A DNA stretch of 64,000 nt, from the IMG/VR virus record IMGVR_UViG_3300032050_000027; one strand, written 5' to 3'. Source of the DNA: an uncultured virus (IMG/VR IMGVR_UViG_3300032050_000027). Lineage: Duplodnaviria > Heunggongvirae > Uroviricota > Caudoviricetes. Below, in pieces: positions 17,678-28,681 of this stretch; position 1 is the stretch's first letter, and every line of letters begins with the position of its first letter. The notes beneath the pieces are model-generated. The model ran no database searches and was not told where the DNA came from. It worked only from the letters and a program-made list of their open reading frames with translations. Made by a program: the position numbers and the translations under genes.

Positions 17678-17706
17678 AGTATAGCAGGTTTGGAATTATT
17701 GGTCAA
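17678..17706 (-). promoter_or_regulatory. Sigma70-type early promoter
   Basis: TTGACC-17 nt-TATACT; spacer similar to the 17385 promoter. Confidence 0.8.
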
Positions 17707-17712
17707 CCTGCC

Positions 17713-17720
17713 CATAAATA
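17713..17720 (+). promoter_or_regulatory. Late promoter (CATAAATA) for gp14-gp15
   Basis: 6 nt upstream of the ATG at 17727. Confidence 0.7.
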
Positions 17721-17726
17721 TATGTT

Positions 17727-19097
17727 ATGCCACGCCTAAGTTTATACCGCCCAAATCGCACAAGAGACTACCAATTTTTTGACCGTACTATCAGTGAAAT
17801 GTACACTGTGGGCGGCTTGGATATCCTTGTTCACAAGTATCTAGGGCCAGAAACTGGCGGCCAAGATTCTGCATTCAGCGGCAATGCTGATGCTACACAA
17901 CCTGTTTATGAAACGCAAAGTGTACTGAACATTCAAGACTTGCTGTTGCTGGAAAACAGAGATAGAGTGTATGACACAGATGTTTATGTCATGCGTGGTG
18001 TGTACAACACACAAGATATTGACTTTGATCTCACACAATTTGGTTTGTTTTTGAACAACGACACGCTGTTTATCACGTTCCACTACAACGACATGATTGA
18101 CACATTTGGTCGTAAACTCATGAACGGCGATGTGCTTGAGATTCCAAATTTAAAAGATTACAATCCACTGAATCCTGCTATCCCAAAAGCATTTCCAAAA
18201 TACTACGTGATACAAGATGCGTCGTTTGCTTCTGAAGGATTTAGCCAAACTTGGTTGCCACACTTGTGGCGTGTGAAAGCCACGCCACTGAACGATCAAC
18301 AAGAATACAAATCAATCACTGATAAACCTTTTGTGGCTGAGTACATTTGGGATCCGGGCGATTTTTACCCCATGGGTTCTATTGTGAACTATGGAGATGT
18401 GTATTATCAAGCTCAGAAAAATACGCCAGCAGGCACAGAAATAACCAACACTGAATTTTGGGTGCCCTATACTCCTGCCACCATTAGTGATGTTCAAGGA
18501 ACTCGTGCCAAAGACACTCAGATCAATGACGCCATACTCACACAGGCCGACGCAGAAGTTCCATTGAGTGGCTATGACGTAACTAAATTTTACATTGAGC
18601 CCACACAAGATGGTCAACCTGCCAATCCAGTAGGCCTTGGGTCAGAAAGCACTGTCACAGTAGATGGCACACAAGGTGGCATGAATGTCACACCAAAGTC
18701 ATTTGGTTATACCATGGGTTACCTCACTGGCGACGATATGGCACCAAATGGCCTGCCTGTTACACCTGGCGTGAGTTTCCCAACCAATCCTGTAAGTGGA
18801 GATTATGCCTTGCGACTAGATTATCAACCAAATCGACTGTTCCGCTATGATGGCCGACGCTGGGTCAAAATTGAAAGCAATGTGCGTACAAATCTTAACA
18901 ATGGTCCTACCAATGATACTTTGCGCTCGACCTTTGTGAACAATACATACACTGTGAATACTACAGACCTGGGTAACATACCAAGTAGACAGAGTCTCAG
19001 CGAGATATTGAAACCCCGTGCTGACAACGGTGATCAAGGTGGGGACAAACCTGCTAACCCTAGACCTGGCACACAACCTGGACAAAAGTCAAGTTAA
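17727..19097 (+). CDS. gp14: Neck/head-closure protein (gp14-like) with extra domains
   Basis: DLLLLENRDRVYD..DLTQFGLFL..GDVLEIP..HLWRVK; precedes gp15. Confidence 0.7.
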   Translation: MPRLSLYRPNRTRDYQFFDRTISEMYTVGGLDILVHKYLGPETGGQDSAFSGNADATQPVYETQSVLNIQDLLLLENRDRVYDTDVYVMRGVYNTQDIDFDLTQFGLFLNNDTLFITFHYNDMIDTFGRKLMNGDVLEIPNLKDYNPLNPAIPKAFPKYYVIQDASFASEGFSQTWLPHLWRVKATPLNDQQEYKSITDKPFVAEYIWDPGDFYPMGSIVNYGDVYYQAQKNTPAGTEITNTEFWVPYTPATISDVQGTRAKDTQINDAILTQADAEVPLSGYDVTKFYIEPTQDGQPANPVGLGSESTVTVDGTQGGMNVTPKSFGYTMGYLTGDDMAPNGLPVTPGVSFPTNPVSGDYALRLDYQPNRLFRYDGRRWVKIESNVRTNLNNGPTNDTLRSTFVNNTYTVNTTDLGNIPSRQSLSEILKPRADNGDQGGDKPANPRPGTQPGQKSS

Positions 19098-19099
19098 CA

Positions 19100-20497
19100 A
19101 TGCAACAATTTTTTTACGACGAACAGATACGCAGATTCTTACTGCAATTCACTAGAATCTTTTCGGGGTTCCAAATTGAGTATGGCAGAGAAGAAGGCAG
19201 CGAGAATGCGGCCTTGCTTAGAGTTCCAATCAGATATGGTGATTCAAGTAGAAACGCACAAACCATATTGCAGGACAACTCACGCAACAGCTTGCCGTCA
19301 ACTCCGTTGATGACATTTTACATCACTGCACTAGATTATGATAGACCCAGAATCCAAGAGCCTTACCATGTGAGTAAGGTTTCTGTACGTCAACGCACCT
19401 ACGATACCAGCACTGAAACTTACGAAACCACTCAAGGCAATGCATTTACCATTGAACGCCTGATGCCTGTTCCGTACAAGCTGACTTTGAATTTAGATTT
19501 GTGGACTTCAAATACCAATCAAAAATTGCAATTGCTTGAGCAAATTCTAACGCTGTTCAACCCCAGTTTGGAAATTCAAAGCACAGACAATTACATTGAC
19601 TGGACTTCATTGAGTGTGGTAGAACTAGATGGCACCACTTGGACGTCTAGAACTATCCCCATGGGTGCAGAAAATCCCATAGATATATGCACACTGAGAT
19701 TCACATTGCCAATCTGGATCAGTTCACCTGCCAAAGTTAAAAAATTGGGTGTGGTGGAAAGAGTTATTGCCAGTGTGTTTGATGCACAAGGCGATGCTGT
19801 TGATGCTATCACAAACAATGATTTGTTGTTGGGTACTAGACAAGTGATCACACCCTACAACTATGCCACAGTGTTGATTGGCAACAAAATACAAATTTTG
19901 CGACCTCCAAGTTCTGTAGAAGAACCCAGCAACAGCAGTCTTACTCCAACTAACATTGTAGGCAACAGCAACTTGTTGTGGCCAGCAGTTATTGATGCAT
20001 ACGGTGTTCTGCGGCCCGGAATAAGTCAAATTTATTTAGAACAACCAGATGGGTCTGAGGTTGTTGGTACCATTGCCCTTGACCCAAATGATGATCGATT
20101 TGTGTTGTATGATATAGACATTGACACTGCGCCACAAAACACACTGGATGCAATTGACGCTGTGATTAACCCACAAGCAAGTGGCCCGTTAAACGGATTA
20201 GACAGTGCGCTAGAAGGGCAAAGATATTTGCTTACCGAAAGCACAGGATCTGCTGGCAATTCAGGACCTGCTGAGGCCTGGATAGGAGCCAATGGCAGGC
20301 CACTTGTTGCCGAAGCCAATGATGTAATTGAGTACTCAAACAACTACTGGCGTGTGGTTTTTAGAGCCAATGGACAACCTGCTGGCCAGTATGTGACCAA
20401 CATAACCACCAGTCAACAGTATATGTGGACTGGTGACGCATGGATGAAAAGTTATCAAGGATACTACCCGGGAGGCCAATGGAGACTGGTGCTGTAA
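19100..20497 (+). CDS. gp15: Tail sheath stabilizer/terminator (gp15-like) with C-terminal extension
   Basis: FFYDEQIRRFLLQF..F..RVPIRYG..PVPYKL...L..W..QLLEQILTLFNP. Confidence 0.85.
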   Translation: MQQFFYDEQIRRFLLQFTRIFSGFQIEYGREEGSENAALLRVPIRYGDSSRNAQTILQDNSRNSLPSTPLMTFYITALDYDRPRIQEPYHVSKVSVRQRTYDTSTETYETTQGNAFTIERLMPVPYKLTLNLDLWTSNTNQKLQLLEQILTLFNPSLEIQSTDNYIDWTSLSVVELDGTTWTSRTIPMGAENPIDICTLRFTLPIWISSPAKVKKLGVVERVIASVFDAQGDAVDAITNNDLLLGTRQVITPYNYATVLIGNKIQILRPPSSVEEPSNSSLTPTNIVGNSNLLWPAVIDAYGVLRPGISQIYLEQPDGSEVVGTIALDPNDDRFVLYDIDIDTAPQNTLDAIDAVINPQASGPLNGLDSALEGQRYLLTESTGSAGNSGPAEAWIGANGRPLVAEANDVIEYSNNYWRVVFRANGQPAGQYVTNITTSQQYMWTGDAWMKSYQGYYPGGQWRLVL

Positions 20498-20919
20498 AAG
20501 CTGTGGGTGTTTGGTTTAGAGCCAGCAACACTGGCCGTTATCTTTATTTGTTGCGCAACGATTCAAAACATCCAGGTGCATGGGGATTGCCGGGGGGCAA
20601 AGTGGAAACTGGCGAAACTCTACTGGGTGGTATGGAACGCGAATGCATTGAAGAACTGGGAAGTTTTCCTGTTTACCAACGCCTGGTTCCTTTGGAAAAA
20701 TTCACATCAGCAGATTTAAACTTTGAATATCACACCTGGGTATGTGTGGTTGCTGAAGAATTTCAACCCACACTAAATCACGAACACTTAGGATATGCAT
20801 GGATAGACAAAGGCACCTGGCCCAAGCCCATGCATCCAGGCTTGTGGTCAACTGTGAATATTGTAGCAATTCAGGACAAGATAGACATTGTTGAACGCTA
20901 TCTTGCCACTGAACATTAA
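20479..20919 (+). CDS. Nudix hydrolase
   Basis: Nudix box GGKVETGETLLGGMERECIEELG; start 20479 preferred to 20440 because it overlaps gp15 less. Confidence 0.88.
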   Translation: METGAVKAVGVWFRASNTGRYLYLLRNDSKHPGAWGLPGGKVETGETLLGGMERECIEELGSFPVYQRLVPLEKFTSADLNFEYHTWVCVVAEEFQPTLNHEHLGYAWIDKGTWPKPMHPGLWSTVNIVAIQDKIDIVERYLATEH

Positions 20920-23900
20920 GCCTGACTTTCTTGGAAGCTCAGTTGAATTTCACCCACTGGAGTTGACTGAGTTGACAGTGCAGTAATTTGTACAGCCAAC
21001 ACTTCTGGTCCATTTGGGAAAGTTCCTGTGCCAGGCACTGCACTGGTACCAATTTGTTTGACTGAGCTTAGGTTCAACACTCCTTGGTTTGTAGAACTGA
21101 CTGGAATAGCAAACAGTCGCTCGCCACCATTAATGTCAGCAGTGATAGCTTGAATTGTCAGCGTTAAATCATTAGCAGTGGTTGATCCACCTAGCGCATT
21201 ACCAAGAATTTTAATAGTATCTCCCACAGCATATCCAGTACCAGCTACTTGAACTGAAATTTGAGTGGTTGTGGTATTATATGCGGTGCCAGCAGCAGTC
21301 AGTGTCACTGTTAAATTTGCACCTGTTCCAGAACTTGATATGTTGGTTGGAGCAAGGTTAGCATACACTCTTTGGCCACTGGTGGTTACTTTTACGCCCG
21401 AGCGACTCATACCACCAGTGGTATTAAAAGGAGCACCAGTCAAACCACCAGTTGATTCTGAAGTGAAACGAGGCGCCACTGAGAATTGACTAAAGCTAGG
21501 CTGGAAGCCACCGCCCGAATTGTTCAGCCCCTGCCAAGAAGTGTTGGCAGAATCTATATTGTTGGGATTCAAAATACCTTCAATTAGATATCTACCAGCT
21601 CCCACTTGCACGTTTAGATCGATCAGTGTCAACTGCGCACGATTGATCAAATCTCTTACTCCCAAGTCACCAATGATACCATTGCTAACGCTAGGAGCCA
21701 ATCGCATGGCAAATGCCACTTGCTTTGCACCAATTGTGGCTGGCAAGCCGTAGTTTGATCTATTGTAGGTAAATTGATAGCCTTCGTCACCATCAAAATT
21801 ACCGTCCATGATCACTGAACTACCCCAGTGATTAACCAGCGGAGTACAAGTATTGCTGATCAATATCACACCAGTGTTGTCAGTATGCGAAGCAGCTGGA
21901 CCTCCTGTGAAGCTGCGACTTGCACCTTCAACCCATTGTGTAAACGTTGCATTTCGTGTGCAACCAGTTAGGTCATTGCCACTCTTACCTGAATACTTAA
22001 TAATCTCACTGTCAATCATCACATACACTGGATATGTTACGCTGGCCGCAGGATAGTCTGTTGCGTCACGTAAACTAATTGTGGTGTCTGCATCTGTAAT
22101 GCCGCCATCAAGACTGCTGGTAGCAGTTTCGTTAATGGCTTCGTATCTTGCTGGCAAGTTACCTGAACGCATGTAAGCTTCGTTGTTCAAGTTGTTGTTA
22201 GGACGACGATGTGCATGAATAAATCTGCCATCTTGTCCACGCACCATCCAAGTCACGTAGCCAGCACCGTACCATGAATACTCAATTGCCAACATCTGCA
22301 TTTTGTTGGTATCAATAGTATACCCGCTTGCGCCTGTGCCATCAATTGGATCAATGTTATAGTCACTTTGACGAACTCTAATTTCATTACGCAAAGTCAT
22401 TTTTACACGAGTCTGATTGCTCACTCCGCGGAAAGTGGGCACAATGGTCATGGCATTGTTGTCAATCACACTGGTCACTGTGTGAGTCATGCCCTTGATT
22501 ACCACTACGTCACCGTTGTTGAGTTGATCTTGGAATCTACAGTTTCCATCACCTGTAACAAGGTTGGATCCCACTCCAACTGACACAAGGCCAGCTGTTT
22601 GGAACGTGCTGGTGCGTTGAACTGCATTCAATGATATGCCATCAGATTCCCAAAATAGTCCGTTTTGATCATCAAAAATTCCAGCACGGATGCTTGAACC
22701 GTGCCAGGCTGTGATAAACAATCTTGGTTGTTGCCCTAACTCTGGTGCAACACTTCCTAGCGAGCCTTGCGCCTGTACAACAAAACTGACATCTGATGTG
22801 ATACTGGTCACAATATACCCTGAAGCATCGTAACCACTAGTAGTAATACCACTGATGGTTACTGTTGCGCCAGCATTGAGACCGTGTTCAACATCTGTGG
22901 TAACTGTGATATTGCTGTTGACTGTTGTTCCGTCAGCACTCAGAGCAGAAATGTCAAATGTTGGCTTGAGCATGGTACCAGATGAAAACAGGATACCTTT
23001 ACCAGATTGATAACGGAAATATTTTTTGGTCTGTCTAGTAGCGGAAGCACCACGTGTGGGAGTGCCTGGGCCTAATATAACGCCGCCGTCAAATGGTCTT
23101 GGTAAAAACACTGCGTTACTTCGCACATTAATTGTACCAGCCAAACTACCGCTTACTGCGGCTCCAGTTTTGGCAGTGTATGTAAATGTAGTTGTGCTGG
23201 GCACAGAAATTATAAAAAACGATCCTTCAGCATAAGCTTCGTTAGTACCTGAGCTCAGACTGACCAAGATTGGAGTGCCAGGTACCATGCCATGTGCATA
23301 GGTTGTGGTCACTGTGATTGTGCTAGGATTGCCGCCATCACTCACAATAGACACAACGTCCAAATCTGCACCAGTATACGGGAATGCCTGTCTGATTGTG
23401 GAATCAAATTGATTGATTGGATAACCAGGTGCTAGATTCAAACTTCTACGTGGATAGTAAAAGAAATTGTTGGTGTTTGCAGAATATACCAAACCAATAC
23501 CTTCAGCATTAGAACTGGCTGAATTTTGATTGCTTACATACTCGTTCACATCAATTGGAGTGTCACTTTGATTAACGCCAACTTGAGGAAGATTGTTAGA
23601 TCCTGTGGCATAAAATATTCCAGTCAATCTCACCATTGGTGATCCTGCGCCGGCTGCTGTCAATGCTGTGGTATTATTGATGCCTCTAGAAATTGTTTGA
23701 GTTCCGTTTACAGCAGTGCTGATCACAGTATGTTGCACAATTTCTACGTTACTGCTGAGTTTTTGCATGACTGTGCCTGTAGCAAAAGCATTAGCAGCAG
23801 TGGTATTGTACCAACCTCTGTTCAAGTTAATAGCTGTGCCGTTGCCCACACTCTGCACTTGCGCAATTTCTAAAGTACTTACAGGATAGATGTTTGCGCC

Positions 23901-24869
23901 AATGATGATGTTTGCGCCAGCACCGTTAGTGTTGTTGGTCTGTCGAGTAACTGTTAAAGCATTAGCAGCTACGTTAGTCACTGCCATGACTTCATACACG
24001 TTGCCAGTGATTGTTTCAGCAATAACATAAGAACCATCCACAATACCTGACGCATTGGCCACGTTAACTGTGGTTGTTGCAGTGCTGGTAATATTGGCTA
24101 CTGCAATTGTGGTACCACCAGAAGTGGGTCTGCCAATCAATATCACGTTATCCAATGCAGTGAACCCAGTGGTACTGGCCAAAGTAAATGTTCTTTCTGC
24201 TGAACTGTTGACTGCGGTTGTGAGATAGTTGCTAGTAAATGGTGTGACATTACCTTGTGTTTGACTGATGATCAACGCATAGTCATTGGCTACCCATTGG
24301 GCAGTGCCAGGATTTTGCAATTTGAGACTGGTATCAACGTTGGATGTAATAACATCATCGCCGGCTATCAAACTAATATAACCATTGGTATTGATTGTTA
24401 AATCACCTCCAATGTCTTCAAAAAACCCAGGAATGTTGTTGTTGGTTGAAACGTTTTGCCACTTGGTGTTTTGCAAACCATATTCAAAGTCAGCGTCAAT
24501 CAAGGCTTCTGGATTTGAAATACGATTACGTCCAATTGCGTCTTCGCCAAACGCCCAAGGTTCAACTACTAAACTACGTTCTTCAACATAAACTGCTAAT
24601 TTATCAGTGTTAACGTATGCACTGGTATCTAAATCCAAAGTGATAGTTGTTACACCAGCATAGGCTGTGGGGAATGTTGCAGTTGGGCCCGCTGCCCATG
24701 ACACTGTACCACCCATGGTAGGATCGGCAAAGTTGTAGATAGCAACATTGTATGTTGTATCATAGATAGCCAGAATGTCAGCCAGGTTGTATCTGTCTGG
24801 CACCTTCACTGTGCCTAAACCAGCAGTTCCTGGGGTAAACGAATACTCGTATAATCTTTTTCTTGCCAT
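20916..24869 (-). CDS. Large virion structural/fibre-associated protein (1317 aa)
   Basis: Repeated TITVTT..HG...G modules; lectin-like RQTKKYFRYQSGKG..GIFDDQNGLFWE..IEYSWYGAG region; end of the fibre operon. Confidence 0.65.
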   Translation of the reverse strand: MARKRLYEYSFTPGTAGLGTVKVPDRYNLADILAIYDTTYNVAIYNFADPTMGGTVSWAAGPTATFPTAYAGVTTITLDLDTSAYVNTDKLAVYVEERSLVVEPWAFGEDAIGRNRISNPEALIDADFEYGLQNTKWQNVSTNNNIPGFFEDIGGDLTINTNGYISLIAGDDVITSNVDTSLKLQNPGTAQWVANDYALIISQTQGNVTPFTSNYLTTAVNSSAERTFTLASTTGFTALDNVILIGRPTSGGTTIAVANITSTATTTVNVANASGIVDGSYVIAETITGNVYEVMAVTNVAANALTVTRQTNNTNGAGANIIIGANIYPVSTLEIAQVQSVGNGTAINLNRGWYNTTAANAFATGTVMQKLSSNVEIVQHTVISTAVNGTQTISRGINNTTALTAAGAGSPMVRLTGIFYATGSNNLPQVGVNQSDTPIDVNEYVSNQNSASSNAEGIGLVYSANTNNFFYYPRRSLNLAPGYPINQFDSTIRQAFPYTGADLDVVSIVSDGGNPSTITVTTTYAHGMVPGTPILVSLSSGTNEAYAEGSFFIISVPSTTTFTYTAKTGAAVSGSLAGTINVRSNAVFLPRPFDGGVILGPGTPTRGASATRQTKKYFRYQSGKGILFSSGTMLKPTFDISALSADGTTVNSNITVTTDVEHGLNAGATVTISGITTSGYDASGYIVTSITSDVSFVVQAQGSLGSVAPELGQQPRLFITAWHGSSIRAGIFDDQNGLFWESDGISLNAVQRTSTFQTAGLVSVGVGSNLVTGDGNCRFQDQLNNGDVVVIKGMTHTVTSVIDNNAMTIVPTFRGVSNQTRVKMTLRNEIRVRQSDYNIDPIDGTGASGYTIDTNKMQMLAIEYSWYGAGYVTWMVRGQDGRFIHAHRRPNNNLNNEAYMRSGNLPARYEAINETATSSLDGGITDADTTISLRDATDYPAASVTYPVYVMIDSEIIKYSGKSGNDLTGCTRNATFTQWVEGASRSFTGGPAASHTDNTGVILISNTCTPLVNHWGSSVIMDGNFDGDEGYQFTYNRSNYGLPATIGAKQVAFAMRLAPSVSNGIIGDLGVRDLINRAQLTLIDLNVQVGAGRYLIEGILNPNNIDSANTSWQGLNNSGGGFQPSFSQFSVAPRFTSESTGGLTGAPFNTTGGMSRSGVKVTTSGQRVYANLAPTNISSSGTGANLTVTLTAAGTAYNTTTTQISVQVAGTGYAVGDTIKILGNALGGSTTANDLTLTIQAITADINGGERLFAIPVSSTNQGVLNLSSVKQIGTSAVPGTGTFPNGPEVLAVQITALSTQSTPVGEIQLSFQESQA

Positions 24870-24872
24870 CTT

Positions 24873-25265
24873 TTAAACTCCAAATATAATTTGTCCGGCA
24901 GTTAGTCTAGCTTGTGTACTAGCACTGAACTTGTCATAACTCACAGCACCTGTGGCTATTTTACTGTTGATAACAGTGGCATCGCTGGGTGTGCCTGTAT
25001 ATAGTGTGTCGCCAAACAACAACGCAAAGAACGGTGTGTTGTTTACAGGTGCTACAGAAAAACTTATGGTAGAAGCTGTTACGCTGAAATCTACACCAGG
25101 ATTTAATGGAATGTTGTTTAGCACTACCAACATTGCATACGCAGTTGGTGGTGTAAAACTCACACCACCCACAGTGATGTTGAATGTCTGCGTGGATCCA
25201 TTAAAAGTCAACGCATCCATTTTACGGTATTGTCCCAATACAGGTGAATAACCTACATAAGCCAT
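24873..25265 (-). CDS. Small virion structural protein
   Basis: FNGSTQTF..VVLNNIPLNPGVDF..ISFSVAP domain, also at the N-terminus of 25265..28681. Confidence 0.6.
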   Translation of the reverse strand: MAYVGYSPVLGQYRKMDALTFNGSTQTFNITVGGVSFTPPTAYAMLVVLNNIPLNPGVDFSVTASTISFSVAPVNNTPFFALLFGDTLYTGTPSDATVINSKIATGAVSYDKFSASTQARLTAGQIIFGV

Positions 25266-28200
25266 TATAATCTTCCTACAACAATTTCAATCGTACCTTG
25301 ATCGCCATCAAAGTCTTGCAATGCTTTGCCTATCACTGTGCCCATTGCAGGAGTAGCACAGGCCTGCGCACGACCGTTGATTGCTGACACCATCATGTCG
25401 CCTTTCTTCACAGGTCCAATCACTTGCGCTGGAACTCGTCCAGTTAGTGCCACTGCCACAATGTGTTCAGCTTCCATCACACTGTTCATCAAGTGTGCAG
25501 GATTGGTAGAAACCACACCAGCCACTTTGGGGTCACTGACCTTGTTTGCCATTGTGACTTCGTTGTCACCGCCAAACACCAACACAGTGCCTGGTGCATA
25601 CACGGCATCGGCAGAATAATTTTCTGCCAAGTCAGCGTATTGTGCTGTGGTTGCTTTCAAGAAACCAGTGTTGAAATACACTGTTGAACTACCAATGTTA
25701 CCAACGCCGTTGCCGTTGCCATTGATAATGTTGCCGCCAGTAATTGATCCTGTGCCAACTGTTAATCCAGCAAATGTTGGAGTTGCACCTGTTGCTACTG
25801 ACTGTCCAATACTAATTGTAACAGCACCTGTTGCTCCACTTACGCCAACACCTGTGCCAGCCACAGCTGATGTAACACCAGTGTTGGTAATTGAAACTGC
25901 ACCAGTAGCATTGGTATTGGTGCTTAATCCACTGCTGGTGGTGATGTTTGTAACACCTGAGTGAGTGTGGTCTGCTCGGGCAAAAGTTGTACCTGTTCCA
26001 ACTGCGGCTGACCCAACTGCACCTGGTGAAGTTGAGCTGGCTTGACCAATAACAAATGCAGTAGTTGCCACTTGTGTAGTATTGGTATTTTGAGCTGCGG
26101 TTGGTGCTGCCAAGTTACCAGCAGTTGAAATATTGCCGCCTGTGATGTTGCCAACTGCACTCAATGCAAGCGTGGCATTGACGTTAGCGCCTGTGATATT
26201 GCCTGTGGTTGCTACAGCACTGATAATGTTACCGCTCAAACTCAACTGAGCTGCCAACACAGTGCCAGCTGCTGAAATGTTAGCTGCTGCCAACACGTTG
26301 GCTGTGGCACTAACAATTGATCCTTGCACTAGTGTGGTGCCTAAAATATTACCGCCAGCAATGTTGCCAGCTGATGTTATGTTACCAGTTGATGTAATAA
26401 TTCCAGCAGTAACTAAATTACCGCCTGTGACGTTGCCTGTTGCACTCACACCACCTGAACCTGCTGTGACTGCTGTGGTTGCAGTGACATTGCCACCAAC
26501 CACGTTGCCTGTGGCACTAACAGCACCACCTGCAGATATAGCACCACCTGTGATAATGTTGCCGCCTGTGATATTACCTGTGGCACTGGCAATTCCACCA
26601 GTAAGTACGTTTCCACCTGTGATGTTACCAGTGGCACTGACTGAAGTACTTTGAACCAATGTGGTTGCAATTACGTTTCCGCCAACCACATTACCTGTAG
26701 ATGAAACTATTCCACCAGTATTGATGTTACCACCAATCACATTACCCACAATTGACAATATACCTGTGCTACTTAAACTTCCAACCAGTGTTGTGCCGCC
26801 GTACCATTTGAAAAATTGCGAACCGTCATTGCCTGGCACGCTGTTCCATAGCGTACTGATGTCAATACCAATGGCATAATCTGCATTGGTTGCACCCACC
26901 GAAGGGAATAATGTAATTTTAGTACCAGCACTTCTTGTGGTATATGCCGGAGCATCGGTACCGTTTGTGTTGAAATCAATTCGATTGTTACCAGCACCAT
27001 TCAAGAAAATTTGGCCTGCATTAGCCGCTGAGCTGCCAAGTTTAGATGATATTATCTGACCAGCTGTGGTTATGTTACCACCAATTACGTTAGCAGTGGC
27101 GCTAACTACACCACCAGTTGTGATGTTGCCGCCTGCTATGTTTGCAGAAGATGTTACGCCACCGTCACCAGTGATTGTTCCCACCGCTGATATTGTGCCA
27201 CCAGCAGTGATATCTGTAGTTGCCGCAACTGTTGTGCCAGCACTAACACCATTTGCTGCACTAAAACTGTCTCCGTATACAACACCAGCTGCCGAAACTG
27301 ATCCAGCTGTGGTTACGTTACCACCAATGACGTTACCACCAGCGCTGGCTTGACCAGCTGTGCGCAAGTTACCACCTGTGACATTGCCAGTGGCCAATAC
27401 CAAACCGCCAGTGTTGACGTTTGCACCAGTAATGTTACCTGCGGCGCTGAACATGCCGCCTGTTAAAATGTTACCAGCAGATATGTTAGCTGCTGAAGTT
27501 ATGTTGCCTGTGCCAGTTACTTCGCCAGCTGTGGTTATGTTACCACCTGTGACGTTGCCAGTTACCAAAAGTGTAGTTGATCCACTTATGGCACCAGTTA
27601 CAACAAGGCCGCCTGACCAAACTGTGGCAATTGTTACTCCATTAACGTTGTTAACAATATTACCAGCTGCTGATGGAATAATAACTCGACTGGTACCATT
27701 GAAAATTTGACTGGTCTCAGTTGTAATACCACTCAGCAATGCACCGTTGCCCAAAATATATGTTCCACTAACGTTGCCTGTAGCACTCAAATTGGCCAGA
27801 ATCAAATCATTGTATGTGAAACTGGCATTGGCTGTGTCAACAACTGTGGTTGGTTTGACGATTAGATTACCAAAGAGTTTGTATTTGGCATCTGTGATGT
27901 CACGGAAATATCCAGAATAACGTGTGTTGACGCCATCAAAGTATTCAGTGATCACACCAGAATCGAATGTGTCACCCGGATTGGCATTGGCCAAGAAGAT
28001 AAACGGATCGTTTACCTCTAAACTGTCTGTGCCTGTTGTGGTAAATGTTCCATTAACTGTAAAATCGCCCACACAGGTAATGTCGCCGCCAATATTTAAG
28101 TTACCAACAATGCCTGCACCACCTGCCACAGTTAATGCGCCAGTGGTTACATTGCCACTGTTAGTAGCATTGGTAATGGTCACTGCTCCGCTGGTGTTGA

Positions 28201-28681
28201 TATTACCAGTAACGCCAACTCCACCTGTTACTGTCAACGCACCTGTTACATTGCTGGTTGATTCAACATTACTACTGAAAGTGGCACGATTGCCACCTGC
28301 CACAGTCATGACCATTGTGGTAGCATTTGGCCAATATATACCAGTGTTGTTGGCTGCTACTGAGTACACACTAGGTGCGCCAACTGTGCCAGCGCCAAAT
28401 GCGTTGGCTGTGAGATTTAAAGAGTTAAGTGCGCCTGCACGATAGGTAACCGTGATGTTGTTGGTACCACTAGGAGGTGGTGTTTGAAACAACAAACTTA
28501 CATTTTCGGCTTCGTAGTCAGTGAATGGACGTTGTAGAGTTTGGTCAATCATCACGTCCAAGTCAGACGCTGATGCAACGGCTCGACCCAAAGTGAACTG
28601 ATATGCTACCGCATTGCCACTAAAGGTCTGTGTGCTGGTGTTCAGCAGTTGTTGTTGCGGATTTAGGCCAACGTAACTCAT
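25265..28681 (-). CDS. Tail fibre with G-N-I/V-T repeats and a C-terminal intramolecular chaperone-like domain
   Basis: SATGNITGGN repeats; YADLAENY..GTVLVFGG..AGVVSTNPA..VALTGRVP..KGD..IGKAL. Confidence 0.8.
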   Translation of the reverse strand: MSYVGLNPQQQLLNTSTQTFSGNAVAYQFTLGRAVASASDLDVMIDQTLQRPFTDYEAENVSLLFQTPPPSGTNNITVTYRAGALNSLNLTANAFGAGTVGAPSVYSVAANNTGIYWPNATTMVMTVAGGNRATFSSNVESTSNVTGALTVTGGVGVTGNINTSGAVTITNATNSGNVTTGALTVAGGAGIVGNLNIGGDITCVGDFTVNGTFTTTGTDSLEVNDPFIFLANANPGDTFDSGVITEYFDGVNTRYSGYFRDITDAKYKLFGNLIVKPTTVVDTANASFTYNDLILANLSATGNVSGTYILGNGALLSGITTETSQIFNGTSRVIIPSAAGNIVNNVNGVTIATVWSGGLVVTGAISGSTTLLVTGNVTGGNITTAGEVTGTGNITSAANISAGNILTGGMFSAAGNITGANVNTGGLVLATGNVTGGNLRTAGQASAGGNVIGGNVTTAGSVSAAGVVYGDSFSAANGVSAGTTVAATTDITAGGTISAVGTITGDGGVTSSANIAGGNITTGGVVSATANVIGGNITTAGQIISSKLGSSAANAGQIFLNGAGNNRIDFNTNGTDAPAYTTRSAGTKITLFPSVGATNADYAIGIDISTLWNSVPGNDGSQFFKWYGGTTLVGSLSSTGILSIVGNVIGGNINTGGIVSSTGNVVGGNVIATTLVQSTSVSATGNITGGNVLTGGIASATGNITGGNIITGGAISAGGAVSATGNVVGGNVTATTAVTAGSGGVSATGNVTGGNLVTAGIITSTGNITSAGNIAGGNILGTTLVQGSIVSATANVLAAANISAAGTVLAAQLSLSGNIISAVATTGNITGANVNATLALSAVGNITGGNISTAGNLAAPTAAQNTNTTQVATTAFVIGQASSTSPGAVGSAAVGTGTTFARADHTHSGVTNITTSSGLSTNTNATGAVSITNTGVTSAVAGTGVGVSGATGAVTISIGQSVATGATPTFAGLTVGTGSITGGNIINGNGNGVGNIGSSTVYFNTGFLKATTAQYADLAENYSADAVYAPGTVLVFGGDNEVTMANKVSDPKVAGVVSTNPAHLMNSVMEAEHIVAVALTGRVPAQVIGPVKKGDMMVSAINGRAQACATPAMGTVIGKALQDFDGDQGTIEIVVGRL

